A program made the position numbers and the translations under genes. A stretch of DNA of 64,000 bases from Alphaproteobacteria bacterium (GTDB lineage: Bacteria; Pseudomonadota; Alphaproteobacteria; Rs-D84). The DNA is taken from NCBI GenBank assembly GCA_017466525.1, contig JAFTTY010000038.1, positions 468 through 64,467 on the forward strand, in the 5' to 3' direction. The notes under the pieces were generated by a model, which worked only from the letters and a program-made list of their open reading frames with translations, was not told the DNA's origin and made no database searches. Positions 55,435-64,000 of this stretch are shown one piece after another (the stretch's first letter is position 1; each line of letters begins with the position of its first letter).

Positions 55435-58308
55435 CTACTCCTTTTTACTCTTCTTTATTTTATTGTCTTTTGTTGTTTTGTCCAGATACTTTTGTAAATA
55501 TTTTCCTGTTTGCGATTCTGGGACACGCGCCACATCTTCTGGGGTACCGGTCGCAATAACCAGACCACCCGCAGCACCGCCCGTTGGCCCCAGGTCGATA
55601 ATCCAATCCGCTGTTTTAATAACCTCTAAATTATGCTCAATAACAATTACAGTATTGCCCTGCTCTACCAATTCATGCAAAACGGACAACAGCATTTTAA
55701 TATCCTCAAAATGCAAACCAGTGGTCGGTTCATCCAAGATATAAATTGTTTCCCCCGTACTGCGCGCTGATAATTCCTTAGATAATTTTATACGTTGTGC
55801 TTCGCCACCTGACAAGTCCAGCGAACTCTGCCCCAGTTTTATGTAATCCAACCCCACACGTTTTAACAATTCCAATTTACGGGCAATTTTTGGCACATTG
55901 ATAAAGAATCTGTACGCTTCTTCAACGGTCATATTCAAGACATCTGCGATTGATTTTCCCTTGTACTTTACCGCCAACGTTTCTTCGTTATAACGCGTTC
56001 CACGACAGCAGTCACATTCGACATACACATCTGCCAAGAAATTCATTTCTATTTTTATCTGACCATCACCTTGGCACGCTTCACACCGACCGCCCTTTAC
56101 ATTAAACGAAAAACGTCCCGACGTATAACCACGTGCCTTTGCCTCTGGCAATCCTGCAAAGAAATCACGAATATCGCCAAAAACACCCGTATAAGTTGCC
56201 GGATTACTGCGTGGTGTGCGCCCAATTGGCGACTGGTCAATATCAACAACCTTGTCCACATTTTCCATGCCACGAATAATATCATGCGCACCTGTTTCCA
56301 ATTTTGAATTATACAGCGCGCGCATCAGTGCCGGATACAACGTATTTAATAACAACGTTGATTTCCCAGACCCGGAAACACCAGTTAATGCCACAAATTT
56401 ACCCAACGGGAATTCTACTGTCACATTCTTTAAGTTATTTTCACGCGCCCCCGCAACAACAATAGACTTACCATTACCAGAACGGCGTTTTTTCGGCACA
56501 GGAATATGACGCACACCCGACAGATATTGTCCCGTAATTGAATCTTTATTTTTTATAACCTGTTGTGGTGTTCCATGCGCAATAACATTTCCACCATTGA
56601 TACCCGCCCCGCGCCCAATATCGACCAGATAATCCGCCTCTCTCATTGCGTCTTCATCATGTTCAACAACGATAACGGTATTATCCTTGTCACGCAGCAT
56701 TTTTAAGGTTTCCAACAGTTTATCATTATCACTTTGATGCAACCCAATCGACGGTTCATCCAAGACATATAGAACACCAGATAATCCGCTGCCAATTTGG
56801 GACGCCAAACGAATACGTTGCGCTTCGCCCCCTGACAAAGTGCCCGCCATGCGCGACAATGTTAAATACCCCAAACCAACATTCTGCAAGAAATACAATC
56901 TATCTGTAATCTCACGTAAAACGATACGCGCAATTTCGTTATCTTTTTGCGACAAATGATTTGGCAAATCACGGAACCATTGCAGACAATCATCAACCGA
57001 CATATCACAAACATCCATAATATCCGCATCATTTATACGCACACACAACGCATGAATATTCAATCGCTTGCCATGGCAAACTGGGCACGGCTTTTCAGAC
57101 TGATATTTTGCCAATTCTGTACGCATTGCCTCTGATTCCGATTCGCGCCATCGACGTTCAATATTTGGAATTACGCCCTCATACGGCTTTTCATAAACAA
57201 ATCCATTCCAATTTATTTTTATTGCCTCGTCACCGCTACCGTACAAAATTAAGTCTTTCTGTTCCTGGGTCAATGTATGCCATGGTTTTGATAACGGGAT
57301 TTTAAACTTTTTATGCAACGCATCCAACAGATGTTCAAATTGACTAAGCATGCCGCCACGCGACCACGGCGCAATTGCACCACCCAGAATCGATTTTGAC
57401 GGATCCGGCACAACCAAATCAGGCGACATATTTAATTGCACGCCCAATCCATCACAATTTTGACACGCACCCATCGGCGCATTGAATGAAAACAAACGCG
57501 GTTCAATCTTTGGCACTGTAAAACCACTAACCGGACACGCATAACTTTGCGAATAAAGCGTATCTTCATTCGTATCCAAACGACGCACCAATACCGAACC
57601 CGGCACCAAACGCAACGAACCTTCGAATGACGAATAAAGACGCGATTTAAAATCTTCTGTATCAGATTCTGTCGGTGGCATTTGCAATCTGTCCACAACA
57701 ACCAAAATTGTATGTTTTTTATTTTTATCCAACGGTGGCACCGCCGACAAATCAACAATTTCCCCATCTATAATTGCACGCTGATAACCCTGTTTTACCA
57801 AGAACGCCAATTCTTTACGATATTCACCCTTGCGTTCACGCACCAATGGGGCAAGTATAAAAATTTTCGTCCCAGACGGAATTTTCATTGTCCAGTCGAC
57901 CATTTCTGCAACCGTTTGTGACTTAATCGGTTTTCCCGTCACAGGCGAATATGGCACACCAATTCGCGCCCACAACAAACGTAAATAATCATAAATTTCT
58001 GTCACCGTACCAACAGTTGATCGTGGATTTTTCGACGTTGTCTTTTGTTCAATTGAAATTGCCGGTGCCAAGCCTTCGATTAAATCAACATCTGGCTTTT
58101 TCTGCATATCCAAGAATTGACGCGCATAACTGGACAACGATTCCACATACCTGCGCTGTCCTTCGGCATAAATGGTATTAAATGCCAACGACGATTTCCC
58201 AGACCCAGATACGCCAGTAAAGACCACCAATTTATTTTTTGGTATGTCTAAATCAATATTTTTAAGATTATTTTCGCGTGCACCACGAATTTTAATTACA
58301 CCAGCCAT
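55435..58308 (-). CDS. uvrA: Excinuclease ABC subunit A
   Basis: [16 protein letters not shown], two ABC modules ([11 protein letters not shown]), zinc-finger Cys clusters and LSGGE signatures. Confidence 0.97.
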   Translation of the reverse strand: MAGVIKIRGARENNLKNIDLDIPKNKLVVFTGVSGSGKSSLAFNTIYAEGQRRYVESLSSYARQFLDMQKKPDVDLIEGLAPAISIEQKTTSKNPRSTVGTVTEIYDYLRLLWARIGVPYSPVTGKPIKSQTVAEMVDWTMKIPSGTKIFILAPLVRERKGEYRKELAFLVKQGYQRAIIDGEIVDLSAVPPLDKNKKHTILVVVDRLQMPPTESDTEDFKSRLYSSFEGSLRLVPGSVLVRRLDTNEDTLYSQSYACPVSGFTVPKIEPRLFSFNAPMGACQNCDGLGVQLNMSPDLVVPDPSKSILGGAIAPWSRGGMLSQFEHLLDALHKKFKIPLSKPWHTLTQEQKDLILYGSGDEAIKINWNGFVYEKPYEGVIPNIERRWRESESEAMRTELAKYQSEKPCPVCHGKRLNIHALCVRINDADIMDVCDMSVDDCLQWFRDLPNHLSQKDNEIARIVLREITDRLYFLQNVGLGYLTLSRMAGTLSGGEAQRIRLASQIGSGLSGVLYVLDEPSIGLHQSDNDKLLETLKMLRDKDNTVIVVEHDEDAMREADYLVDIGRGAGINGGNVIAHGTPQQVIKNKDSITGQYLSGVRHIPVPKKRRSGNGKSIVVAGARENNLKNVTVEFPLGKFVALTGVSGSGKSTLLLNTLYPALMRALYNSKLETGAHDIIRGMENVDKVVDIDQSPIGRTPRSNPATYTGVFGDIRDFFAGLPEAKARGYTSGRFSFNVKGGRCEACQGDGQIKIEMNFLADVYVECDCCRGTRYNEETLAVKYKGKSIADVLNMTVEEAYRFFINVPKIARKLELLKRVGLDYIKLGQSSLDLSGGEAQRIKLSKELSARSTGETIYILDEPTTGLHFEDIKMLLSVLHELVEQGNTVIVIEHNLEVIKTADWIIDLGPTGGAAGGLVIATGTPEDVARVPESQTGKYLQKYLDKTTKDNKIKKSKKE

Positions 58309-58349
58309 AGCACACATAAATATAGACTAAATATTGAAAATTTCAAGAC

Positions 58350-58376
58350 AAAGGGCGAATATTCCTTTCGCCCTTT
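58350..58376 (-). terminator. Hairpin downstream of rodZ
   Basis: AAGGGCGAA-tattcct-TTCGCCCTT. The T-run on the minus strand is weak. Confidence 0.45.
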
Positions 58377-58385
58377 ATATTTATT

Positions 58386-59252
58386 TTAATTTTTAGATTT
58401 CATCAAACTTTCTGGCGTCAACAACACACCAGATTTCTTGGTATATTCTGGCCCAATTTGTGGCGCCAATTTTCTGTCGACCCACACATCAATTCCACCA
58501 GCATTACCGATTGTTGCCTTGTATTCCCCGCTATTTGGAACATAATACACATCACCAGGCATCAACACGCGGCTAAGTTCTGTACGACCACGCGCGTCCT
58601 TGATTTCAACCCACGTTCCGGCCTCTCCCGTTTTTTGATTCGCCTGCAATATTATACGTGCTTCATCACGATTATCTGTACCGAAACGTTCACGTACCGC
58701 AATATTATATTCGGGTTCATCTACAACTTTTTCAACGACCTGCGTCGCAGAATCAACACTTGTTTCCGTTTTTTCAGATGGCTGCAACATAATTACAGCC
58801 CCAATTATTAATGCAATCGCAACAATTGCACCAACAAACCAAATCCAATTCTGATAGATGAATTGGTACACCTTAACAAATGCAACCTTGCCCCAACTTT
58901 CTTCTTTTATACTGGGCATTGCACAAATACTTGCATCTTCGTCATCAACCACCGCACAATCAGAATTCAATCCCATTTCTTTCTTAATTTTTGCGACGAT
59001 TTCATCTGGATTTAACCCTAATTCCAATGCATAATTACGCGCAAAACCCAAAATATACACAGACTCTGGAATAACAGAATAATTCCCTGTTTCCAAGGCT
59101 TCTAAAAATTCTTCACGAATACACAGTTGTTTTGAAATTGTTGGAATTTCACGCTTACGACGTCCTGTTGTACGTGCATTACGCAACATTTCACCCGCGG
59201 TCAATTCAACAGGTGTTTCTACAACTTCTTTATTTTCAATATTTTCTGTCAT
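58386..59252 (-). CDS. rodZ: RodZ-like cytoskeleton protein (HTH + TM + DUF4115)
   Basis: LTAGEMLRNART...ISKQLCIREEFLEALETGNY...LGFARNYA, a central TM and a C-terminal beta domain. Confidence 0.78.
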   Translation of the reverse strand: MTENIENKEVVETPVELTAGEMLRNARTTGRRKREIPTISKQLCIREEFLEALETGNYSVIPESVYILGFARNYALELGLNPDEIVAKIKKEMGLNSDCAVVDDEDASICAMPSIKEESWGKVAFVKVYQFIYQNWIWFVGAIVAIALIIGAVIMLQPSEKTETSVDSATQVVEKVVDEPEYNIAVRERFGTDNRDEARIILQANQKTGEAGTWVEIKDARGRTELSRVLMPGDVYYVPNSGEYKATIGNAGGIDVWVDRKLAPQIGPEYTKKSGVLLTPESLMKSKN

Positions 59253-59282
59253 TTTTCACAATCCCCTAAAACTATTTTCACG

Positions 59283-60197
59283 CTAAATAATACCCCAAAA
59301 TTCACGAATTGCAACCTTTAAGGCATCAGCACTATCAATTCTATTAACTTTTATACGAAAATCCGAAGAATTCGGCATTCCTGCACTATACCATGCAGCA
59401 TGCTTTCTAAACATCGGGACAGCTGTTTTTTCACCATAATATTCCAACGCATAATCCAAATGTTTTAAAACGACATGCCCAATATTTTCCGGCACCCCAC
59501 CACCATATAATTCTGACAGCAACCACGGTCGTCCCAGAATTCCACGCCCAATCATCGCACCGCGATACCCCAACGCCTGCACACGTGATACATCATCTGC
59601 GGTTCTAATATCACCATTTGCAATAATTGGGATTGGTGCATCTGATACATTTGGCAAAACCGCGTTCCCCAAATACAACTGTGCGCGCGTACGCCCATGC
59701 AGCGCCGCAAAAGACACGCCACAATCCGCTGCAATATTTATCAGTTCACGCCAATCCATATGTTCCGCATCCCAACCCAAACGTGTTTTTATTGAAACAG
59801 GTATCTGTACTGCCCGAACAACAGACCGCATAATTTTTTCTGCCAGCCCATGATCACGCATCAAATGCGCGCCGGCACCGGCGCGTGTTGCAACCTTTGG
59901 CACAGGACACCCCATATTAATATCAATCCATTTTGCACCCTGATCTTGCAATATACGCGCAGCATCCGCCATCAGATTGACATCTGCGCCAAAAATCTGG
60001 GCGCCGACCGCCCCCTCGTTCGAATAATTATCAAAATTACGCAAACAATTTTTATGCGCCCCAACCAGCGAATGACACGAAATCATTTCTGTCACCAACG
60101 GCGCATTTGGTGAAAAATCACGAATAATACGTCGAAACGGACGATCTGTTATCCCTGCAAGTGGTGCAACAAAAATTTGGTTATTATTATCAAACAT
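59283..60197 (-). CDS. dusB: tRNA-dihydrouridine synthase (DusB/NifR3 family)
   Basis: FVAPLAGITDRPFRRIIRDF...INMGCPVPKV...LHGRT. ATG 60197 is used. Confidence 0.9.
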   Translation of the reverse strand: MFDNNNQIFVAPLAGITDRPFRRIIRDFSPNAPLVTEMISCHSLVGAHKNCLRNFDNYSNEGAVGAQIFGADVNLMADAARILQDQGAKWIDINMGCPVPKVATRAGAGAHLMRDHGLAEKIMRSVVRAVQIPVSIKTRLGWDAEHMDWRELINIAADCGVSFAALHGRTRAQLYLGNAVLPNVSDAPIPIIANGDIRTADDVSRVQALGYRGAMIGRGILGRPWLLSELYGGGVPENIGHVVLKHLDYALEYYGEKTAVPMFRKHAAWYSAGMPNSSDFRIKVNRIDSADALKVAIREFWGII

Positions 60198-60207
60198 TTG
60201 TGATATA

Positions 60208-60543
60208 ATGCCATCTATGAAGGAAAAAATCAAAAATTTATTTGGCTTTTTATCACGCGCCTGGTCCACTGGGGTTCGTGGTAAATTGGGCATTTTATTT
60301 GCATTATTTGCTGGCTTTATGTTTATTCGCATGTTTTTTGGGGATGTAACCATACAAAAGTTTGCCTATAACATATGGCATCTTGGCCAAGAACAAGAAC
60401 AATTGATAACCGAACAAAAAACACTTGATAATTTAAATCGCCACATTGAACTAATACAAAATTATAGTCCGGATTATGTCGAAGAATTAGGATTAAAATA
60501 CTTAAACATTGGCGACCCTGGCGTAAAAATATTAAAAATTTAA
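60208..60543 (+). CDS. ftsB: Septum formation initiator FtsB/DivIC family
   Basis: N-terminal TM followed by the coiled coil LGQEQEQLITEQKTLDNLNRHIELIQNYSPDYVEELGLKYLN. Confidence 0.72.
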   Translation: MPSMKEKIKNLFGFLSRAWSTGVRGKLGILFALFAGFMFIRMFFGDVTIQKFAYNIWHLGQEQEQLITEQKTLDNLNRHIELIQNYSPDYVEELGLKYLNIGDPGVKILKI

Positions 60544-60567
60544 TCCCCCAATTTGGGGGATTTTTTA
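60541..60567. terminator. Bidirectional terminator (ftsB / tspO)
   Basis: ATCCCCCA-att-TGGGGGAT followed by TTTTT. Confidence 0.8.
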
Positions 60568-61041
60568 ATTCAACAATAATATTGTCCCGTTCAAATATAA
60601 TGCAAATAACAACCACGCAATATATGGCCACACTAAATATGACGCAGCGCGACTGATTGACTTAAACGCGACCAACATCCATATAGAAACCGCAATTAAT
60701 GCAACCAAAGTCAATAATGCACCGCCAACAAAATGCAAACCAAAGAATAGATATGACCACAATGCATTCAGGCCCATCTGTGCAGCAAACAACACATATG
60801 CCTTGGATTTATTTTGTCTGGTTTTTGTGTTATTCATTACCAAGAATAACGATATTCCCAATAAAGTATACAAAATCAACCACGCCACCATAAACACCCA
60901 ACCATTCGGGGTCCACACAGATTGCGCCAATCCATTATACCATTCATTTGCCCCCGGTGACATTGGCGAAAAGAACCCACCAATAATACCTGGGACAAAC
61001 GAAATTACGATTGCTAAAACAAAAGTTAAAAATTTTTTCAC
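60565..61041 (-). CDS. tspO: TspO/MBR tryptophan-rich sensory protein
   Basis: Five TM helices. WYNGLAQSVWTPNGWVFMVAWLILY...NALWSYLFFG. Confidence 0.85.
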   Translation of the reverse strand: MKKFLTFVLAIVISFVPGIIGGFFSPMSPGANEWYNGLAQSVWTPNGWVFMVAWLILYTLLGISLFLVMNNTKTRQNKSKAYVLFAAQMGLNALWSYLFFGLHFVGGALLTLVALIAVSIWMLVAFKSISRAASYLVWPYIAWLLFALYLNGTILLLN

Positions 61042-61107
61042 TTTTTCCTCCTTTTGTTTGCAATTATATCACGCAATTTTTTTTAATATCATAGGAACGA
61101 TTGACTA

Positions 61108-61133
61108 ATAAAAAAGCCCCACAAAGGGGCATT
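61108..61133 (-). terminator. Terminator after the 61143 gene
   Basis: Minus strand reads GCCCC-tttgt-GGGGC followed by TTTTTTATT. Confidence 0.7.
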
Positions 61134-61142
61134 ATAACCAGC

Positions 61143-61484
61143 TTATATACAGGCCTCATACGCATAATAACCAATTTCTGCACGTATCAAGAATCTGTGC
61201 GCTGGCACCCCTTGCGCACAACCATCTGGAATAACATTTACATAAATAACATCCTGCTCTGCTGCCAAATCCACCAAATTAACCTGTGATGCAACGGACG
61301 CAAAAACAGAATTTACATCTTGCTTTTTAAAAACTTCCAAATCTGTTGTCATTGGACATTTCAACAAATAATCGCCATCTGCGCCTGTCGCGACATTCTG
61401 GCATTCTACCCCCATAACAGATTCTGCACTTCCATTTAAAACGACCGAAAAGACACAAAAAAAAGCAACCAAGAACTTTTTCAT
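61143..61484 (-). CDS. Small secreted hypothetical protein (113 aa)
   Basis: ATG 61484 follows GAAGGAGG. Signal MKKFLVAFFCVFSVVLNGSA. Mature part has 4 Cys. Confidence 0.55.
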   Translation of the reverse strand: MKKFLVAFFCVFSVVLNGSAESVMGVECQNVATGADGDYLLKCPMTTDLEVFKKQDVNSVFASVASQVNLVDLAAEQDVIYVNVIPDGCAQGVPAHRFLIRAEIGYYAYEACI

Positions 61485-61505
61485 ATCGCCCTCCTTCAAA
61501 AAACT

Positions 61506-61582
61506 TGGCACGCCCTACAGGATTCGAACCTGTGACCTGCAGATTAGAAATCTGATGCTCTATCCAGCTGAGCTAAGGGCGC
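61506..61582 (-). tRNA. tRNA-Arg (anticodon UCU), CCA encoded
   Basis: GCGCCCT-TA-GCTC-AGCTGGATA-GAGC-A-TCAGA-TT[TCT]AA-TCTGC-AGGTC-ACAGG-TTCGAAT-CCTGT-AGGGCGT-G-CCA. It folds as a cloverleaf, and the acceptor and D arms closely resemble E. coli argU. Confidence 0.92.
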
Positions 61583-61618
61583 ACGCCGTACATTTTACAC
61601 TATTTTTTTTAAATTTCA

Positions 61619-61639
61619 AGCCCCAGATGTTCTGGGGCT
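61619..61639 (-). terminator. Hairpin downstream of the LysR-family gene
   Basis: AGCCCCAG-atgtt-CTGGGGCT. The minus-strand tail is TTGAAATTT, which is weak. Confidence 0.45.
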
Positions 61640-61650
61640 GCCGTTAAAAA

Positions 61651-62559
61651 TTATTCAAACAATTCTACTGCGATATCATATTCTTTACAGAAATCATAAA
61701 AGAATTCCAAAAATGCATGAATTTTTTGGCTCTTTACCTTTAACGGATTAACAATGCCCGTCAATAAATATTCATAGTCAAAATCAATATTTGGAACCTC
61801 TATCAATTTGGCATTTTTATTTGTACACCATTCTGGCATCAACGCAATTCCCGCACCATCACACGTTAATTGATATATTATTGATGCAGAATCTGCCGTT
61901 GTGTTTAACTTCTTGGCACGTTTCAAAATAAAATTAAATTCTGGCAAATCCAAAAACTGCTGTCGAATACACAGATCGAAATTTTCCAGCATATCATCCA
62001 TATCTTTGGGTGCACCATGTTTTGCCAAATATTCTGGTGACGCATAAAATTTTGCCTTTGTTTTAAATTTAAACAATACCTTGCCCGGCACCTTTTGTAG
62101 CGAACGCGCATCCACAATGGTTATATCTGGGCTTGCCATATTCATATGCCGATTCGTTAAGATATCCAATCGCACCTTTGGATGTTTTGCATATAATTTA
62201 GACAACCCGGTCAACAATCCACTGCCCGCGAATCCTTCTTCGGTCCAAATTGAGATATAACCCGTCAATTCTTCGGGACCTGTTAAATTATCCAGCAATG
62301 AATTTTCAATATTTGAAATATTTTCAATTTCTGTATACAGTTGACGCGCCATATTTGTCGGCACACACCCAGCAGAACTGCGAATTAATAGCGTTGCATT
62401 AAATCGCTTTTCCAAATCTGAAATCAATTTGGACATATTTGAATGTTTTATTCCATTTCTTTCTGCGGCGGCATAGATTTGTCCAAAATCAATAACCTCT
62501 TTCAAAGCCAACAATTCACGCAACAGCGCAATTTTGGTTTTTATTGTCGCCATAAACAC
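61651..62559 (-). CDS. LysR-family transcriptional regulator
   Basis: N-terminal wHTH (FGQIYAAAERNGIKHSNMSKLISDLEKRF) plus a LysR substrate-binding-size C-terminus. Confidence 0.82.
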   Translation of the reverse strand: MFMATIKTKIALLRELLALKEVIDFGQIYAAAERNGIKHSNMSKLISDLEKRFNATLLIRSSAGCVPTNMARQLYTEIENISNIENSLLDNLTGPEELTGYISIWTEEGFAGSGLLTGLSKLYAKHPKVRLDILTNRHMNMASPDITIVDARSLQKVPGKVLFKFKTKAKFYASPEYLAKHGAPKDMDDMLENFDLCIRQQFLDLPEFNFILKRAKKLNTTADSASIIYQLTCDGAGIALMPEWCTNKNAKLIEVPNIDFDYEYLLTGIVNPLKVKSQKIHAFLEFFYDFCKEYDIAVELFE

Positions 62560-62811
62560 CCCCTTTTACTGTTATAAATAATATTATTTTCCTATATAGG
62601 CAAAAAAGCCCCCACGTCCACAAAATTTTCTCTAAGAATATATACCTTAACCAAGGAACATCTTAGTCAAAAAATCCCGAAAAACCGAACTTTTTCCGAT
62701 TCCTATCCCCTTTTTATACACTACTTTGAATAAAAAAGGTATAAAATAAAACAAAAAAGCCTATTTTATAATAAACGCGTACCAAATTCACAAAATACTA
62801 AGGAGAAAAAA

Positions 62812-63075
62812 ATGAAACATAATGAAGTCTGGTATGCAATAGACTGCTTTGCACAAGAACACAAAATGTCATGTTCTGGCCTGGCAAAATACAGCGGTCT
62901 TGACCCAACAACGTTTAACAAAAGCAAACGCTGGTCGAAATACGGTCAGCCACGTTGGCCATCAACAAACAGCATTGCAAAAATATTAGAGGCCACAAAT
63001 TCCAGAATCCAAGATTTGATAAAGTTTATCGACGTTCCGAACACCCAGCCTGGCGGGGAACGCGCACCTCAATAA
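62812..63075 (+). CDS. Small HTH (Cro/CI-like) DNA-binding protein; resembles only the N-terminal domain of alphaproteobacterial S24/LexA-like repressors
   Basis: VWYAIDCFAQEHKMSCSGLAKYSGLDPTTFNKSKRWSKYGQPRWPSTNSIAKILEAT. SD AAGGAGA precedes the start. Confidence 0.68.
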   Translation: MKHNEVWYAIDCFAQEHKMSCSGLAKYSGLDPTTFNKSKRWSKYGQPRWPSTNSIAKILEATNSRIQDLIKFIDVPNTQPGGERAPQ

Positions 63076-63081
63076 TCACAC

Positions 63082-63114
63082 AAAAAATACCGCACAATTA
63101 TGCGGTATTTTTTT
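63082..63114. terminator. Bidirectional terminator (HTH gene / ABC-F gene)
   Basis: ATACCGCA-caatta-TGCGGTAT followed by TTTTTTT. Confidence 0.8.
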
Positions 63115-64000
63115 ACCCAATTTGCACAACCGTATCTGTGTTTATATTCCGCGCAAACATTTCATCATGACTAACCAACAATATTGCACCCCGATACTGA
63201 TTCAGCGCATCTTCTAAAATCTGAATACTTTTTATTTCAAGATTATTTGTCGGCTCATCTAAAATCAATAAATCTGGCTGTTCAACATCACCCAAGACCG
63301 CTGCCAAGGTTGCTTTTAACAGTTCTCCGCCAGACAAAACACCAACAACCTTTTTTGACAAATCCCCACGAAATCCAAAGTTTGCAGCAATTGCATGTGC
63401 ATCGTGTCTAAGGACACCGGCAACATCCATAATATTTTCAACAATTGTCTTATTTTTATCCAAAACAGACAAATCCTGATTCAAATACGAAATTTTACCA
63501 AACGTTTTAATCGTTCCCGACTGTGGTATTAATTGCCCACAAATCAACTTTAACAACGTTGATTTTCCTGCCCCATTTTTTCCGGCCAAACGTACACGTG
63601 TCGCCCCATACATAACAAAATCAAAATCTTTCAAAACGCTCTTTTTATCGTATGCAAAGCACACCTCAGAAACACGCACCAATTCCTTGCTATAAAAAGA
63701 CTTATTTGGTACTGGAATTTTTATTTTTTCATCACGCATTTGCATTGATAAATCTTGTTGCAACACCAACTGTGCATCCAACTTTTTTTGAATTATTGCA
63801 CGCTTTTTTGCCTCGGTTTCTTGACTTTTTCCTTTTAATGCGTTGACCGCTATCCTGGACCCTGCCGCACTATTTGCTTTATCTTTTTTCTGTTTCAAGA
63901 CATGATGTTGACGTGTATTTTGCGCCCGATTTAATGTTCCTTGCAGACGTGCAATTTCCTTGTTTGAATCAACATATTGCGCATAAATATTTTCCTGTTC
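63113..64000 (-). CDS. ABC-F family ATPase, C-terminal part (N-terminus beyond the right window edge)
   Basis: Second ABC module with GKNGAGKSTLL, LSGGE and LLILDEPTN. Hand translation upstream of the track start (63899-64000) stays open and reads as a coiled-coil linker (EQENIYAQYVDSNKEIARLQGTLNRAQNTRQHHV). Confidence 0.85.
   Translation of the reverse strand, partial: EQENIYAQYVDSNKEIARLQGTLNRAQNTRQHHVLKQKKDKANSAAGSRIAVNALKGKSQETEAKKRAIIQKKLDAQLVLQQDLSMQMRDEKIKIPVPNKSFYSKELVRVSEVCFAYDKKSVLKDFDFVMYGATRVRLAGKNGAGKSTLLKLICGQLIPQSGTIKTFGKISYLNQDLSVLDKNKTIVENIMDVAGVLRHDAHAIAANFGFRGDLSKKVVGVLSGGELLKATLAAVLGDVEQPDLLILDEPTNNLEIKSIQILEDALNQYRGAILLVSHDEMFARNINTDTVVQIG

Noticed and set aside
61506-62559. 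tRNA-Arg as an integration site for a genomic island or prophage
   Set aside because: No integrase, recombinase, direct repeat of the tRNA 3' end or phage-like genes flank it. Its neighbours are a small secreted protein, tspO and a LysR regulator.

Overview
The window reads as chromosomal DNA from a moderately AT-rich alphaproteobacterium. A GcrA cell-cycle regulator, an M23-peptidase/bactofilin pair, lpxA-lpxB and a Tol cluster support that placement. About three quarters of it is recognisable housekeeping: ruvB, argS, rplM-rpsI, tig, thyA, leuS, prfA, hisS, tkt, rnhA, rlmE, uvrA, dusB, ftsB, one tRNA-Arg(UCU) and others. Genes are tightly packed and many are separated by strong GC-stem/T-run terminators. 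I saw no transposase, integrase, CRISPR array or rRNA. Between the core genes sit lineage-specific genes for secreted, often cysteine-rich proteins that I cannot assign to characterised families. The best candidate for an undescribed system is a six-gene operon at 25094-31249. It encodes an orphan A24 prepilin-peptidase homologue, three unknown Sec-signal proteins, a GH108-type muramidase and a small basic cysteine-rich protein. Two of these proteins share a roughly 58-aa module. Other points worth follow-up:
- a giant (more than 1700 codons, truncated by the window edge) cysteine-rich/Flg_new-like surface protein that is missing from the ORF track
- an SRP54 M-domain-only gene
- hisS interrupted by a single in-frame TAG
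- a trypsin-like protease fused to an unknown C-terminal domain
- a GcrA-linked acidic membrane protein
- several unexplained non-coding repeats
All calls come from hand translation and motif recognition. No database search was run, so the family assignments are recollection-based and need HMM or structure confirmation.
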